Shown: in pieces, positions 9,451 to 19,528 of the stretch
Layout: every line of letters begins with the position of its first letter
Numbering within the stretch: the stretch's first letter is position 1
NCBI RefSeq assembly: GCF_003018255.1
Contig: NZ_CP027440.1
Reading direction: 5' to 3' (one strand)
Origin: Escherichia coli
GTDB lineage: Bacteria > Pseudomonadota > Gammaproteobacteria > Enterobacterales > Enterobacteriaceae
DNA: 64,000 bases
Made by a program: the position numbers and the translations under genes
Notes under the pieces: generated by a model
Databases searched by the model: none
Told to the model about the DNA's origin: nothing
What the model saw: only the letters and a program-made list of their open reading frames with translations

Positions 9451-11280
9451 GTGGCGCAGGCGGAAGTGTTGAATCTGGAGTCCGGAGCTAAACAGGTTTT
9501 ACAAGAAACCTTTGGCTACCAACAGTTTCGCCCCGGCCAGGAAGAGATTATCGACACCGTACTTTCCGGTCGCGATTGCCTGGTCGTCATGCCCACTGGT
9601 GGCGGAAAATCCCTTTGCTATCAAATTCCTGCCTTACTGCTAAACGGTCTTACCGTGGTTGTTTCACCACTGATTTCGTTGATGAAAGATCAGGTGGATC
9701 AGCTACAGGCCAACGGTGTGGCGGCGGCGTGCCTTAACTCGACGCAAACCCGCGAGCAGCAGCTTGAAGTGATGACAGGCTGTCGCACCGGGCAAATTCG
9801 TCTGCTTTATATCGCCCCGGAACGCCTGATGCTGGATAACTTTCTTGAGCATCTGGCGCACTGGAATCCGGTGTTATTAGCCGTTGATGAAGCGCACTGT
9901 ATCTCCCAATGGGGCCACGATTTCCGCCCGGAATATGCCGCGCTCGGTCAGTTGCGCCAGCGGTTCCCGACGCTGCCGTTTATGGCGCTAACCGCCACCG
10001 CCGACGACACCACGCGGCAGGATATCGTGCGCCTGCTGGGGCTGAACGATCCGCTGATTCAAATTAGCAGTTTTGACCGTCCGAATATTCGCTACATGCT
10101 GATGGAGAAATTCAAACCGCTCGATCAGTTGATGCGTTATGTACAGGAACAACGCGGTAAGTCGGGGATTATTTACTGTAATAGTCGTGCGAAAGTAGAA
10201 GACACCGCCGCGCGTCTGCAAAGCAAGGGTATCAGCGCAGCGGCTTATCACGCCGGGCTTGAAAACGATGTCCGTGCGGACGTGCAGGAAAAATTCCAGC
10301 GTGATGACCTGCAAATTGTGGTGGCGACGGTAGCGTTCGGCATGGGCATCAACAAGCCTAACGTCCGCTTCGTGGTTCACTTTGATATTCCACGCAATAT
10401 CGAATCCTATTATCAGGAAACCGGTCGCGCCGGGCGTGATGGCCTGCCCGCGGAAGCGATGCTGTTTTACGATCCGGCTGATATGGCGTGGCTGCGCCGT
10501 TGTCTGGAAGAGAAGCCGCAGGGGCAGTTGCAGGATATCGAGCGCCATAAACTCAATGCGATGGGCGCTTTTGCCGAAGCGCAAACTTGCCGTCGTCTGG
10601 TGCTGCTGAACTACTTTGGCGAAGGGCGGCAGGAGCCGTGCGGGAACTGCGATATCTGCCTCGATCCGCCGAAACAATACGATGGTTCAACCGATGCGCA
10701 GATTGCGCTTTCCACCATTGGTCGTGTGAATCAGCGTTTTGGGATGGGCTATGTAGTGGAAGTGATTCGCGGCGCCAATAACCAGCGAATCCGCGACTAT
10801 GGTCATGACAAACTGAAAGTCTACGGCATGGGCCGCGATAAAAGTCATGAGCACTGGGTGAGCGTAATCCGCCAGTTGATTCATCTCGGTCTGGTGACGC
10901 AAAACATCGCCCAGCATTCGGCATTACAACTGACAGAAGCCGCACGCCCGGTGTTGCGCGGCGAATCCTCTTTACAACTTGCCGTGCCGCGTATTGTGGC
11001 GCTCAAACCGAAAGCAATGCAGAAATCTTTCGGTGGCAATTACGATCGCAAACTGTTCGCCAAATTACGCAAACTGCGTAAATCGATTGCCGATGAAAGT
11101 AATGTCCCGCCGTATGTGGTGTTTAACGATGCGACCTTGATTGAGATGGCGGAACAGATGCCGATCTCCGCCAGCGAAATGCTCAGCGTTAACGGCGTTG
11201 GGATGCGCAAGCTGGAACGCTTTGGCAAACCGTTTATGGCGCTAATTCGTGCGCATGTCGATGGCGATGACGAAGAGTAG
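9451..11280 (+). CDS. recQ: ATP-dependent DNA helicase RecQ
   Basis: 609 aa; GTG start; helicase motifs (PTGGGKS, DEAH), RecQ zinc-binding Cys cluster ([12 protein letters not shown]...CGNCDIC) and HRDC region. Confidence 0.96.
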   Translation: MAQAEVLNLESGAKQVLQETFGYQQFRPGQEEIIDTVLSGRDCLVVMPTGGGKSLCYQIPALLLNGLTVVVSPLISLMKDQVDQLQANGVAAACLNSTQTREQQLEVMTGCRTGQIRLLYIAPERLMLDNFLEHLAHWNPVLLAVDEAHCISQWGHDFRPEYAALGQLRQRFPTLPFMALTATADDTTRQDIVRLLGLNDPLIQISSFDRPNIRYMLMEKFKPLDQLMRYVQEQRGKSGIIYCNSRAKVEDTAARLQSKGISAAAYHAGLENDVRADVQEKFQRDDLQIVVATVAFGMGINKPNVRFVVHFDIPRNIESYYQETGRAGRDGLPAEAMLFYDPADMAWLRRCLEEKPQGQLQDIERHKLNAMGAFAEAQTCRRLVLLNYFGEGRQEPCGNCDICLDPPKQYDGSTDAQIALSTIGRVNQRFGMGYVVEVIRGANNQRIRDYGHDKLKVYGMGRDKSHEHWVSVIRQLIHLGLVTQNIAQHSALQLTEAARPVLRGESSLQLAVPRIVALKPKAMQKSFGGNYDRKLFAKLRKLRKSIADESNVPPYVVFNDATLIEMAEQMPISASEMLSVNGVGMRKLERFGKPFMALIRAHVDGDDEE

Positions 11281-11343
11281 TCAGCAGCATAAAAAAGTGC
11301 CAGGATGAAGACTCCGTAAACGATTTCTCCGCGAGTCAATTGA

Positions 11344-11964
11344 ATGTTGATGTTATTCCTCACCGTTGCCATGGTGCACATTGTGGCGCTTATGAGCCCC
11401 GGTCCCGATTTCTTCTTTGTTTCTCAGACCGCTGTCAGTCGTTCCCGTAAAGAGGCGATGATGGGCGTGCTGGGCATTACCTGCGGCGTAATGGTCTGGG
11501 CAGGGATCGCGTTGCTTGGCCTGCATTTGATTATCGAAAAAATGGCCTGGCTGCATACGCTGATTATGGTGGGCGGTGGCCTGTATCTCTGCTGGATGGG
11601 TTATCAGATGCTGCGTAGCGCACTGAAAAAAGAGGTCGTTTCTGCGCCTGCGCCACAGGTAGAACTGGCAAAAAGCGGGCGCAGTTTCCTGAAAGGCTTA
11701 CTGACCAATCTCGCCAATCCGAAAGCAATTATCTACTTTGGTTCGGTATTCTCGCTGTTTGTCGGCGATAACGTCGGCACCACTGAGCGCTGGGGCATTT
11801 TCGCGTTGATTATTATCGAAACACTGGCATGGTTTACGGTGGTTGCCAGCCTGTTTGCTCTACCGCAAATGCGCCGTGGTTATCAACGTCTGGCGAAGTG
11901 GATTGATGGTTTTGCCGGGGCGTTATTTGCCGGATTTGGCATTCATTTGATTATTTCTCGTTGA
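11344..11964 (+). CDS. rhtC: Threonine efflux protein RhtC (LysE family)
   Basis: 206 aa LysE/RhtB-family membrane protein; K-12 synteny after recQ. Confidence 0.9.
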   Translation: MLMLFLTVAMVHIVALMSPGPDFFFVSQTAVSRSRKEAMMGVLGITCGVMVWAGIALLGLHLIIEKMAWLHTLIMVGGGLYLCWMGYQMLRSALKKEVVSAPAPQVELAKSGRSFLKGLLTNLANPKAIIYFGSVFSLFVGDNVGTTERWGIFALIIIETLAWFTVVASLFALPQMRRGYQRLAKWIDGFAGALFAGFGIHLIISR

Positions 11965-11987
11965 TGCCAAACGCTTCATCAGAGTAA

Positions 11988-12017
11988 GTCGGATAAGGCG
12001 TTTATGCCGCATCCGAC
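11988..12017. repeat. REP (repetitive extragenic palindromic) element between convergent rhtC and rhtB
   Basis: Imperfect palindrome gtcggataaggcgtttatgccgcatccgac typical of enterobacterial REP units. Confidence 0.7.
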
Positions 12018-12025
12018 ATTATTTT

Positions 12026-12646
12026 TCACGCATGCCTCGCCGATGCCAACAACGCTCCTACCAGCATAAACAGCGAGCCAAAAATCTTATTCAATGCCTT
12101 CATCTGTTTCGGCCCTTTTATCCATAACGCAATCCGTTGAGCAAGTGTGGCGTAACCGATCATCACAATAATATCGACCACAATAGTGGTGACGCCGAGC
12201 ACGATATACTGCATCAGTTGTGGCTGCTGCGGCATGATGAATTGCGGAAATAGCGCCGCCAGAAACACAATACTTTTGGGATTGGTGAGATTGACAAAAA
12301 CTGCGCGCTGGAACAAATGTCGACGCGATTGAGTAGAGGCCAGCGGTTTAAGATCAATTGCGCCAGCGGCGCGCCACTGCTGGATCCCAAGCCAAATCAA
12401 GTAAGCTGCGCCTGCCCACTTCAACACTTCAAACGCAATCACTGAGCGGGAAAATAGCGTCCCCAACCCCACGCCAACCAGCACAATATGAATCGCCAGT
12501 CCGGTCTGAAGCCCAGCAATAGACGCCACCGCGCCGCGATAACCGTGGTTGAGCGAGGTGGTCATGGTGTTGATTGCACCAGAGCCTGGCGACAGGCTTA
12601 AAATGATCGATGTCAGCAGGTAGGCAAACCACCATTCTAAGGTCAT
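12026..12646 (-). CDS. rhtB: Homoserine/homoserine lactone efflux protein RhtB (LysE family)
   Basis: 206 aa LysE-family membrane protein; K-12 synteny. Confidence 0.9.
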   Translation of the reverse strand: MTLEWWFAYLLTSIILSLSPGSGAINTMTTSLNHGYRGAVASIAGLQTGLAIHIVLVGVGLGTLFSRSVIAFEVLKWAGAAYLIWLGIQQWRAAGAIDLKPLASTQSRRHLFQRAVFVNLTNPKSIVFLAALFPQFIMPQQPQLMQYIVLGVTTIVVDIIVMIGYATLAQRIALWIKGPKQMKALNKIFGSLFMLVGALLASARHA

Positions 12647-12756
12647 GATGAACTCCCGGTGTGTCTATTTTTGTGCCACAATACGCTACTGTCGAAGCGT
12701 TGTGTCAGGCACGCTTAAAAAAACGATTTTACGTGGTTTAAGAGGCAGATTACCCG

Positions 12757-13779
12757 ATGTTTCAGCAGCAAAAAGACTGGGAAACAAGAGAAAACGCGTT
12801 TGCTGCTTTTACCATGGGACCGCTGACTGATTTCTGGCGTCAGCGTGATGAAGCAGAGTTTACTGGTGTAGATGACATTCCGGTGCGCTTTGTCCGTTTT
12901 CGCGCACAGCACCATGACCGGGTGATAGTCATCTGCCCGGGGCGTATTGAGAGCTACGTAAAATATGCGGAACTGGCCTACGACCTGTTCCATTTGGGGT
13001 TTGATGTCTTAATCATCGACCATCGCGGGCAGGGACGTTCCGGTCGCCTGTTAGCCGATCCGCATCTTGGGCATGTTAATCGCTTTAATGATTATGTCGA
13101 TGACCTGGCGGCATTCTGGCAACAGGAGGTCCAGCCTGGTCCGTGGCGTAAGCGCTATATACTGGCACATTCGATGGGCGGTGCGATCTCCACGTTATTT
13201 CTGCAACGCCATCCAGGTGTATGTGACGCCATTGCGCTAACTGCGCCAATGTTTGGGATCGTGATTCGTATGCCGTCATTTATGGCGCGGCAGATCCTTA
13301 ACTGGGCCGAAGCGCATCCACGTTTCCGTGATGGCTATGCAATAGGCACCGGGCGCTGGCGCGCGTTGCCGTTTGCTATCAACGTACTGACCCACAGCAG
13401 ACAGCGATATCGACGTAACTTACGCTTTTATGCTGATGACCCAACGATTCGCGTCGGTGGGCCGACCTACCATTGGGTACGCGAAAGTATTCTGGCTGGT
13501 GAACAGGTGTTAGCCGGTGCGGGTGATGACGCCACGCCAACGCTTCTCTTGCAGGCTGAAGAGGAACGCGTGGTGGATAACCGCATGCACGACCGTTTTT
13601 GTGAACTCCGCACCGCTGCGGGCCATCCTGTCGAAGGGGGACGACCGCTGGTAATTAAAGGTGCGTACCATGAGATCCTTTTTGAAAAGGACGCAATGCG
13701 CTCAGTCGCGCTCCACGCCATTGTTGATTTTTTCAACAGGCATAACTCACCCAGCGGAAACCGCTCTACAGAGGTTTAA
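12757..13779 (+). CDS. pldB: Lysophospholipase L2
   Basis: 340 aa alpha/beta hydrolase with HSMGG nucleophile elbow; K-12 synteny. Confidence 0.92.
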   Translation: MFQQQKDWETRENAFAAFTMGPLTDFWRQRDEAEFTGVDDIPVRFVRFRAQHHDRVIVICPGRIESYVKYAELAYDLFHLGFDVLIIDHRGQGRSGRLLADPHLGHVNRFNDYVDDLAAFWQQEVQPGPWRKRYILAHSMGGAISTLFLQRHPGVCDAIALTAPMFGIVIRMPSFMARQILNWAEAHPRFRDGYAIGTGRWRALPFAINVLTHSRQRYRRNLRFYADDPTIRVGGPTYHWVRESILAGEQVLAGAGDDATPTLLLQAEEERVVDNRMHDRFCELRTAAGHPVEGGRPLVIKGAYHEILFEKDAMRSVALHAIVDFFNRHNSPSGNRSTEV

Positions 13780-13786
13780 ATTTCTT

Positions 13787-14587
13787 ATGTACCAGGTTGT
13801 TGCGTCTGATTTAGATGGCACGTTACTTTCTCCCGACCATACGTTATCCCCTTACGCCAAAGAAACTCTGAAGCTGCTCACCGCGCGCGGCATTAACTTT
13901 GTGTTTGCGACCGGTCGCCACCACGTTGATGTAGGGCAAATTCGCGATAATCTGGAGATTAAGTCTTACATGATTACCTCCAATGGCGCGCGTGTTCACG
14001 ATCTGGATGGCAATCTGATTTTTGCTCATAACCTGGATCGCGACATTGCCAGCGATCTGTTTGGCGTGGTCAACGACAACCCGGACATCATTACTAACGT
14101 TTATCGCGACGACGAATGGTTTATGAATCGCCACCGCCCGGAAGAGATGCGCTTTTTTAAAGAAGCAGTGTTCAAATATGCGCTGTATGAGCCAGGATTA
14201 CTGGAGCCGGAAGGCGTCAGCAAAGTGTTCTTCACCTGCGATTCTCATGAGCAACTGCTGCCGCTGGAGCAGGCAATCAACGCTCGTTGGGGCGATCGCG
14301 TCAACGTCAGCTTCTCTACCCTAACTTGTCTGGAAGTGATGGCGGGCGGCGTTTCAAAAGGCCATGCCCTGGAAGCGGTGGCGAAGAAACTGGGCTACAG
14401 TCTGAAAGATTGTATTGCCTTTGGTGACGGGATGAACGACGCCGAAATGCTGTCGATGGCAGGTAAAGGCTGCATTATGGGCAGTGCGCACCAGCGTCTG
14501 AAAGATCTGCATCCGGAGCTGGAAGTGATTGGTACTAATGCCGAAGACGCGGTGCCGCATTATCTGCGTAAACTCTATTTATCGTAA
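13787..14587 (+). CDS. yigL: HAD-superfamily (Cof-type) sugar phosphatase YigL
   Basis: Start set at MYQVVASDLDGTLL (HAD motif I DxDGT) at 13787, just after the pldB stop; ORF track start at 13661 is an upstream in-frame extension overlapping pldB. Confidence 0.9.
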   Translation: MYQVVASDLDGTLLSPDHTLSPYAKETLKLLTARGINFVFATGRHHVDVGQIRDNLEIKSYMITSNGARVHDLDGNLIFAHNLDRDIASDLFGVVNDNPDIITNVYRDDEWFMNRHRPEEMRFFKEAVFKYALYEPGLLEPEGVSKVFFTCDSHEQLLPLEQAINARWGDRVNVSFSTLTCLEVMAGGVSKGHALEAVAKKLGYSLKDCIAFGDGMNDAEMLSMAGKGCIMGSAHQRLKDLHPELEVIGTNAEDAVPHYLRKLYLS

Positions 14588-14662
14588 TCGTTCTTTATTT
14601 GGTCAGTTGTCAACCTGATACTTCGCTACAATGGATACTCGTTAATCAAAGAGTTTTCCATT

Positions 14663-15562
14663 GTGGCGCTACTTATCATCACCACGATTCTGTGGGCCTT
14701 CTCCTTTAGCTTTTATGGCGAGTACCTTGCGGGGCACGTCGATAGCTATTTTGCAGTGCTGGTGCGCGTTGGCCTGGCGGCACTCGTGTTTCTGCCGTTT
14801 CTGCGTACCCGTGGCAATAGCCTGAAAACGGTTGGCCTGTATATGCTGGTGGGCGCGATGCAGCTCGGTGTGATGTATATGCTGAGTTTTCGCGCCTATC
14901 TCTACCTGACGGTCTCCGAACTGTTGCTGTTCACCGTACTGACTCCGCTCTACATCACGCTGATTTATGACATCATGAGTAAGCGCCGTCTGCGCTGGGG
15001 CTATGCTTTTAGCGCCTTGTTGGCGGTGATTGGTGCCGGAATTATTCGCTATGATCAGGTCACCGACCACTTCTGGACTGGCCTGCTGCTGGTGCAACTC
15101 TCCAATATCACTTTTGCCATCGGCATGGTGGGTTACAAACGCCTGATGGAAACTCGTCCGATGCCACAGCATAACGCCTTTGCGTGGTTCTATCTTGGTG
15201 CGTTCCTGGTGGCGGTGATTGCATGGTTTTTGCTGGGAAATGCGCAGAAAATGCCGCAAACCACGCTGCAATGGGGCATTCTGGTGTTTCTTGGCGTGGT
15301 GGCTTCCGGTATTGGCTACTTTATGTGGAACTACGGCGCGACTCAGGTGGACGCCGGAACGCTGGGCATTATGAATAATATGCACGTTCCGGCAGGGCTG
15401 TTGGTTAACCTGGCTATCTGGCACCAACAGCCGCACTGGCCAACGTTTATTACAGGCGCGCTGGTGATCCTGGCCTCACTGTGGGTGCATCGTAAGTGGG
15501 TCGCTCCGCGCTCTTCACAAACGGCAGATGATCGCAGGCGTGATTGCGCGCTGAACGAATAA
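14663..15562 (+). CDS. yigM: Inner membrane DMT-family transporter YigM (biotin transporter BioP)
   Basis: 299 aa polytopic membrane protein, GTG start; 3' end overlaps metR convergently. Confidence 0.85.
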   Translation: MALLIITTILWAFSFSFYGEYLAGHVDSYFAVLVRVGLAALVFLPFLRTRGNSLKTVGLYMLVGAMQLGVMYMLSFRAYLYLTVSELLLFTVLTPLYITLIYDIMSKRRLRWGYAFSALLAVIGAGIIRYDQVTDHFWTGLLLVQLSNITFAIGMVGYKRLMETRPMPQHNAFAWFYLGAFLVAVIAWFLLGNAQKMPQTTLQWGILVFLGVVASGIGYFMWNYGATQVDAGTLGIMNNMHVPAGLLVNLAIWHQQPHWPTFITGALVILASLWVHRKWVAPRSSQTADDRRRDCALNE

Positions 15563-16403
15563 ACGCTTCTGTAATCGGCTGACGCTGCTCGCCATCGCGC
15601 ACGGCGGCGTACAGTCGGCTCCACAAGCCTTCGCCCAGGGTTTTGGTGACCACCAGACCCTGGCGTTCAAAACTCTCCACCACCCAATGCGGTAGCGCAG
15701 CGATGCCCATCCGCGCGGCAACCATCTGAATCAACAACAAGGTGTTATCGACGCTTTTCAGTGACGGGCTAACGCCTGCGGGCTGAAGAAAATGCCGCCA
15801 GACATCCAGTCGGCTACGCTGCACCGGATAAATCAACAGCGTTTCGCTGGCGAGGTCTTCCGGCGTGATTCGCGTTTTCGCCGCCAGTGGATGGTCAGGT
15901 GCCAACACCAGACGCACTTCATAATCGAACATCGGCGAATAATGCAGGCCACTGCGCGGCAGAATATCGGAGGTCATCACCAGATCCAGCTCACCCTGCT
16001 GCAACGCGGGCTGCGGGTCAAACGTCACGCCCGATTTAAAATCCATCTCCACCTGCGGCCAGTTCTTATGGAAATTTTCTAACGCGGGCGTCAGCCACTG
16101 AATACAGCTATGGCACTCAATGGCAATGCGCAGGCGCGTCTGCTGCGGTTCATTGCAGGCTTGCAGTGCCTGGCTGATTTGAGGCAGCACCTGATTCGCC
16201 AGTTGCAACAGGATTTCTCCCTGCGGTGTAAACCGAAGCGGCTGGCTTTTACGCACAAATAGCCGGAAGCCAAGGCGTTGTTCCAGATCGCTAAACTGGT
16301 GAGACAGGGCGGATTGCGTTTGATGCAACGTCGCCGCAGCGGCTGCGAGTGAGCCGCAGTTCCGCAACGCTTGTAGCGTTTTCAGGTGTTTTACTTCGAT
16401 CAT
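15450..16403 (-). CDS. metR: LysR-family transcriptional activator MetR
   Basis: 317 aa; N-terminal LysR HTH ([20 protein letters not shown]); divergent from metE. Confidence 0.95.
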   Translation of the reverse strand: MIEVKHLKTLQALRNCGSLAAAAATLHQTQSALSHQFSDLEQRLGFRLFVRKSQPLRFTPQGEILLQLANQVLPQISQALQACNEPQQTRLRIAIECHSCIQWLTPALENFHKNWPQVEMDFKSGVTFDPQPALQQGELDLVMTSDILPRSGLHYSPMFDYEVRLVLAPDHPLAAKTRITPEDLASETLLIYPVQRSRLDVWRHFLQPAGVSPSLKSVDNTLLLIQMVAARMGIAALPHWVVESFERQGLVVTKTLGEGLWSRLYAAVRDGEQRQPITEAFIRSARNHACDHLPFVKSAERPTYDAPTVRPGSPARL

Positions 16404-16520
16404 GAAAGTCCTTCACTTCGGCATGAATAATTTGCGCTTGAGGAATATACAGTAACCGCCAATTATGGATGTGTAAACATCTGGACGGCTAAATACTAAA
16501 AATTCCATAAGGGGCATATA

Positions 16521-18782
16521 ATGACAATTCTTAATCACACCCTCGGTTTCCCTCGCGTTGGCCTGCGTCGCGAGCTGAAAAAAGCGCAAGAGAGTTATTG
16601 GGCGGGGAACTCCACGCGTGAAGAACTGCTGGCTGTTGGGCGTGAATTACGTGCCCGTCACTGGGATCAACAAAAGCAGGCGGGTATCGACCTGCTGCCG
16701 GTGGGCGATTTTGCCTGGTACGATCATGTACTGACCACCAGTCTGCTGCTGGGTAACGTTCCGCCACGTCATCAGAACAAAGATGGTTCGGTAGATATCG
16801 ACACCCTGTTCCGTATTGGTCGTGGACGTGCACCGACTGGCGAACCTGCGGCGGCAGCGGAAATGACCAAATGGTTTAACACCAACTATCACTACATGGT
16901 GCCGGAGTTCGTTAAAGGCCAACAGTTCAAACTGACCTGGACGCAGCTGCTGGAGGAAGTGGACGAGGCGCTGGCGCTGGGCCACAAGGTCAAGCCCGTG
17001 CTGCTGGGGCCGGTTACCTACCTGTGGCTGGGTAAAGTGAAAGGTGAACAGTTTGATCGCCTGAGCCTGCTGAACGACATTCTGCCGGTTTATCAGCAAG
17101 TGTTGGCAGAACTGGCAAAACGCGGCATTGAGTGGGTACAGATCGACGAACCAGCGCTGGTACTGGAACTACCGCAGGCGTGGCTGGACGCATACAAACC
17201 CGCTTACGACGCGCTCCAGGGCCAGGTGAAACTGCTGCTGACTACCTATTTTGAAGGCGTAACGCCAAATCTCGACACGATTACTGCGCTGCCTGTTCAG
17301 GGGCTGCATGTGGACCTTGTACATGGTAAAGATGACGTTGCTGAACTGCACAAGCGTCTGCCTTCTGACTGGCTACTGTCTGCGGGTCTGATCAATGGTC
17401 GTAACGTCTGGCGCGCCGATCTTACCGAGAAATATGCGCAAATTAAGGACATTGTCGGCAAACGCGATTTGTGGGTGGCATCTTCCTGCTCGTTGCTGCA
17501 CAGCCCCATCGACCTGAGCGTGGAAACGCGTCTTGATGCAGAAGTGAAAAGCTGGTTTGCCTTCGCCCTACAAAAATGCCATGAACTGGCACTGCTGCGC
17601 GATGCGCTGAACAGTGGTGATACGGCGGCTCTGGCAGAATGGAGCGCTCCGATTCAGGCGCGTCGTCACTCTACCCGTGTCCATAATCCGGCGGTAGAAA
17701 AGCGTCTTGCAGCCATTACCGCCCAGGACAGTCAGCGTGCGAATGTCTATGAAGTGCGTGCTGAAGCCCAGCGTGCGCGTTTTAAACTGCCCGCGTGGCC
17801 GACTACCACGATTGGTTCCTTCCCGCAAACCACGGAAATTCGTACACTGCGTCTGGATTTCAAAAAGGGTAATCTCGACGCCAACAACTACCGCACGGGC
17901 ATTGCGGAACATATCAAGCAGGCCATTGTCGAGCAGGAACGTTTGGGACTGGATGTGCTGGTACATGGCGAGGCCGAGCGTAATGACATGGTGGAATACT
18001 TTGGCGAGCATCTGGATGGCTTTGTCTTTACGCAAAACGGTTGGGTACAGAGCTACGGTTCCCGCTGCGTGAAGCCACCGATTGTCATTGGTGACGTTAG
18101 CCGCCCGGCACCAATTACCGTGGAGTGGGCGAAATATGCACAATCGCTGACCGACAAACCGGTGAAAGGGATGCTGACGGGGCCGGTAACCATACTCTGC
18201 TGGTCATTCCCGCGTGAAGATGTCAGCCGTGAAACCATCGCCAAACAAATTGCGCTGGCGCTGCGTGATGAAGTGGCGGACCTGGAAGCCGCTGGAATTG
18301 GCATCATCCAGATTGATGAACCGGCACTGCGCGAAGGTTTACCGCTGCGTCGCAGCGACTGGGATGCCTATCTCCAGTGGGGCGTGGAGGCTTTCCGTAT
18401 CAACGCCGCCGTGGCGAAAGATGACACACAAATCCACACTCACATGTGTTACTGCGAGTTCAACGACATCATGGATTCGATTGCGGCGCTGGACGCAGAC
18501 GTCATCACCATCGAAACCTCGCGTTCCGACATGGAGTTGCTGGAGTCGTTTGAAGAGTTTGATTATCCAAATGAAATTGGTCCAGGCGTCTATGACATTC
18601 ACTCGCCAAACGTACCGAGCGTGGAATGGATTGAAGCCCTGCTGAAGAAAGCGGCAAAACGCATTCCGGCAGAGCGTCTGTGGGTAAACCCGGACTGTGG
18701 CCTGAAAACGCGCGGCTGGCCAGAAACCCGCGCGGCACTGGCGAACATGGTGCAGGCGGCGCAGAATTTGCGTCGGGGATGA
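16521..18782 (+). CDS. metE: Cobalamin-independent methionine synthase
   Basis: 753 aa; duplicated UroD-like barrel, C-terminal zinc-binding His/Cys/Glu region (HMCYCEF...); divergent from metR. Confidence 0.97.
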   Translation: MTILNHTLGFPRVGLRRELKKAQESYWAGNSTREELLAVGRELRARHWDQQKQAGIDLLPVGDFAWYDHVLTTSLLLGNVPPRHQNKDGSVDIDTLFRIGRGRAPTGEPAAAAEMTKWFNTNYHYMVPEFVKGQQFKLTWTQLLEEVDEALALGHKVKPVLLGPVTYLWLGKVKGEQFDRLSLLNDILPVYQQVLAELAKRGIEWVQIDEPALVLELPQAWLDAYKPAYDALQGQVKLLLTTYFEGVTPNLDTITALPVQGLHVDLVHGKDDVAELHKRLPSDWLLSAGLINGRNVWRADLTEKYAQIKDIVGKRDLWVASSCSLLHSPIDLSVETRLDAEVKSWFAFALQKCHELALLRDALNSGDTAALAEWSAPIQARRHSTRVHNPAVEKRLAAITAQDSQRANVYEVRAEAQRARFKLPAWPTTTIGSFPQTTEIRTLRLDFKKGNLDANNYRTGIAEHIKQAIVEQERLGLDVLVHGEAERNDMVEYFGEHLDGFVFTQNGWVQSYGSRCVKPPIVIGDVSRPAPITVEWAKYAQSLTDKPVKGMLTGPVTILCWSFPREDVSRETIAKQIALALRDEVADLEAAGIGIIQIDEPALREGLPLRRSDWDAYLQWGVEAFRINAAVAKDDTQIHTHMCYCEFNDIMDSIAALDADVITIETSRSDMELLESFEEFDYPNEIGPGVYDIHSPNVPSVEWIEALLKKAAKRIPAERLWVNPDCGLKTRGWPETRAALANMVQAAQNLRRG

Positions 18783-18821
18783 TGAGTATTAACGAGTCAT
18801 TGTAAATTGCAGTACGATAAT

Positions 18822-18847
18822 GGCTTCCAGTACTGGAAGCCATTTTG
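18822..18847 (+). terminator. Rho-independent terminator downstream of metE (possibly bidirectional)
   Basis: Inverted repeat ggcttccag/ctggaagcc followed by attttgc. Confidence 0.6.
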
Positions 18848-18950
18848 CATGAGTGCCAGATTGAAGCAGATCTTCAGGAGTAGAAATAACCGAATCGTTT
18901 TTTTCGCAAAACACAGTTTTGAGTGATTCCGTTCAGTAATCAACGCTACG

Positions 18951-19211
18951 TTATTTATTCTCACGTTGCACGAGATTGTATCCCTTTTCACTAACGTGGT
19001 AGTGAGGCATAGACTTATGCCCGCTATCCTCAATAATAACCAAACCTTCGTTAGCTAATTTGTTAACAATATTAACAATATTACCGAATCCTGGTATTTG
19101 CCTTATGGATAGTGTGCGATCGAGATTCATCCAGTTCCAGTTTATATCTTTCTCAGTCATAACGTTCAGCACGTTAAGTTCATTTTTAGTGATCACGATA
19201 TTCTGTACCAA
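18951..19211 (-). CDS. Candidate immunity protein, paralog 2 (distal copy)
   Basis: 86 aa; clearly paralogous to the 19271..19528 ORF (shared NVL.VM.EKDI.W.WM.LDRTL.IR.IPGFGN..NIV.KL...GLV); AT-rich; downstream of the Hcp-fusion gene. Confidence 0.6.
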   Translation of the reverse strand: MVQNIVITKNELNVLNVMTEKDINWNWMNLDRTLSIRQIPGFGNIVNIVNKLANEGLVIIEDSGHKSMPHYHVSEKGYNLVQRENK

Positions 19212-19270
19212 AATTGATGAGTATCTTATTGAAAGATCACAATGTAAATCATGCTCCTGTAATGGCTGGA

Positions 19271-19528
19271 TCAGAAGAGGTTGTCTTGTTGTTCTTTGAT
19301 AAGATTCAATCCATATTGAGAAACTCTGTAGCGTGGTTTAGAGTTGCCCTCACCATTTACGATATCAACCAACCCATGATTAACCAGCTTTGTTACGATA
19401 TTCGCTACGTTGCCAAATCCTGGAATATTTCGTATAGCTAAAGTACGATCCAGCACCATCCAGCTCCAGTCAATATCTTTCTCAGCCATAACTTTCAGCA
19501 CGTTAAATTCAACTATCGTAATCGTCAT
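19271..19528 (-). CDS. Candidate immunity protein, paralog 1 (proximal copy)
   Basis: 85 aa; start codon overlaps stop of the Hcp-fusion gene by 4 bp (ATGA at 19525-19528), i.e. translationally coupled; paralog of the 18951..19211 ORF. Confidence 0.65.
   Translation of the reverse strand: MTITIVEFNVLKVMAEKDIDWSWMVLDRTLAIRNIPGFGNVANIVTKLVNHGLVDIVNGEGNSKPRYRVSQYGLNLIKEQQDNLF

Noticed and set aside
9988-10677. 229 aa minus-strand ORF inside recQ
   Set aside because: Lies entirely antisense within the well-supported recQ coding sequence; no recognisable protein features; typical shadow ORF in GC-rich coding DNA.
13661-13786. N-terminal 42-codon extension of the yigL ORF overlapping the end of pldB
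   Set aside because: Conserved HAD-family start MYQVVASDLDGTLL sits immediately after the pldB stop; the extension has no HAD features and would overlap pldB by 119 bp.
14669-15436. 255 aa minus-strand ORF inside yigM
   Set aside because: Antisense to the membrane transporter gene; His/Gln/Arg-rich low-complexity translation typical of shadow frames.
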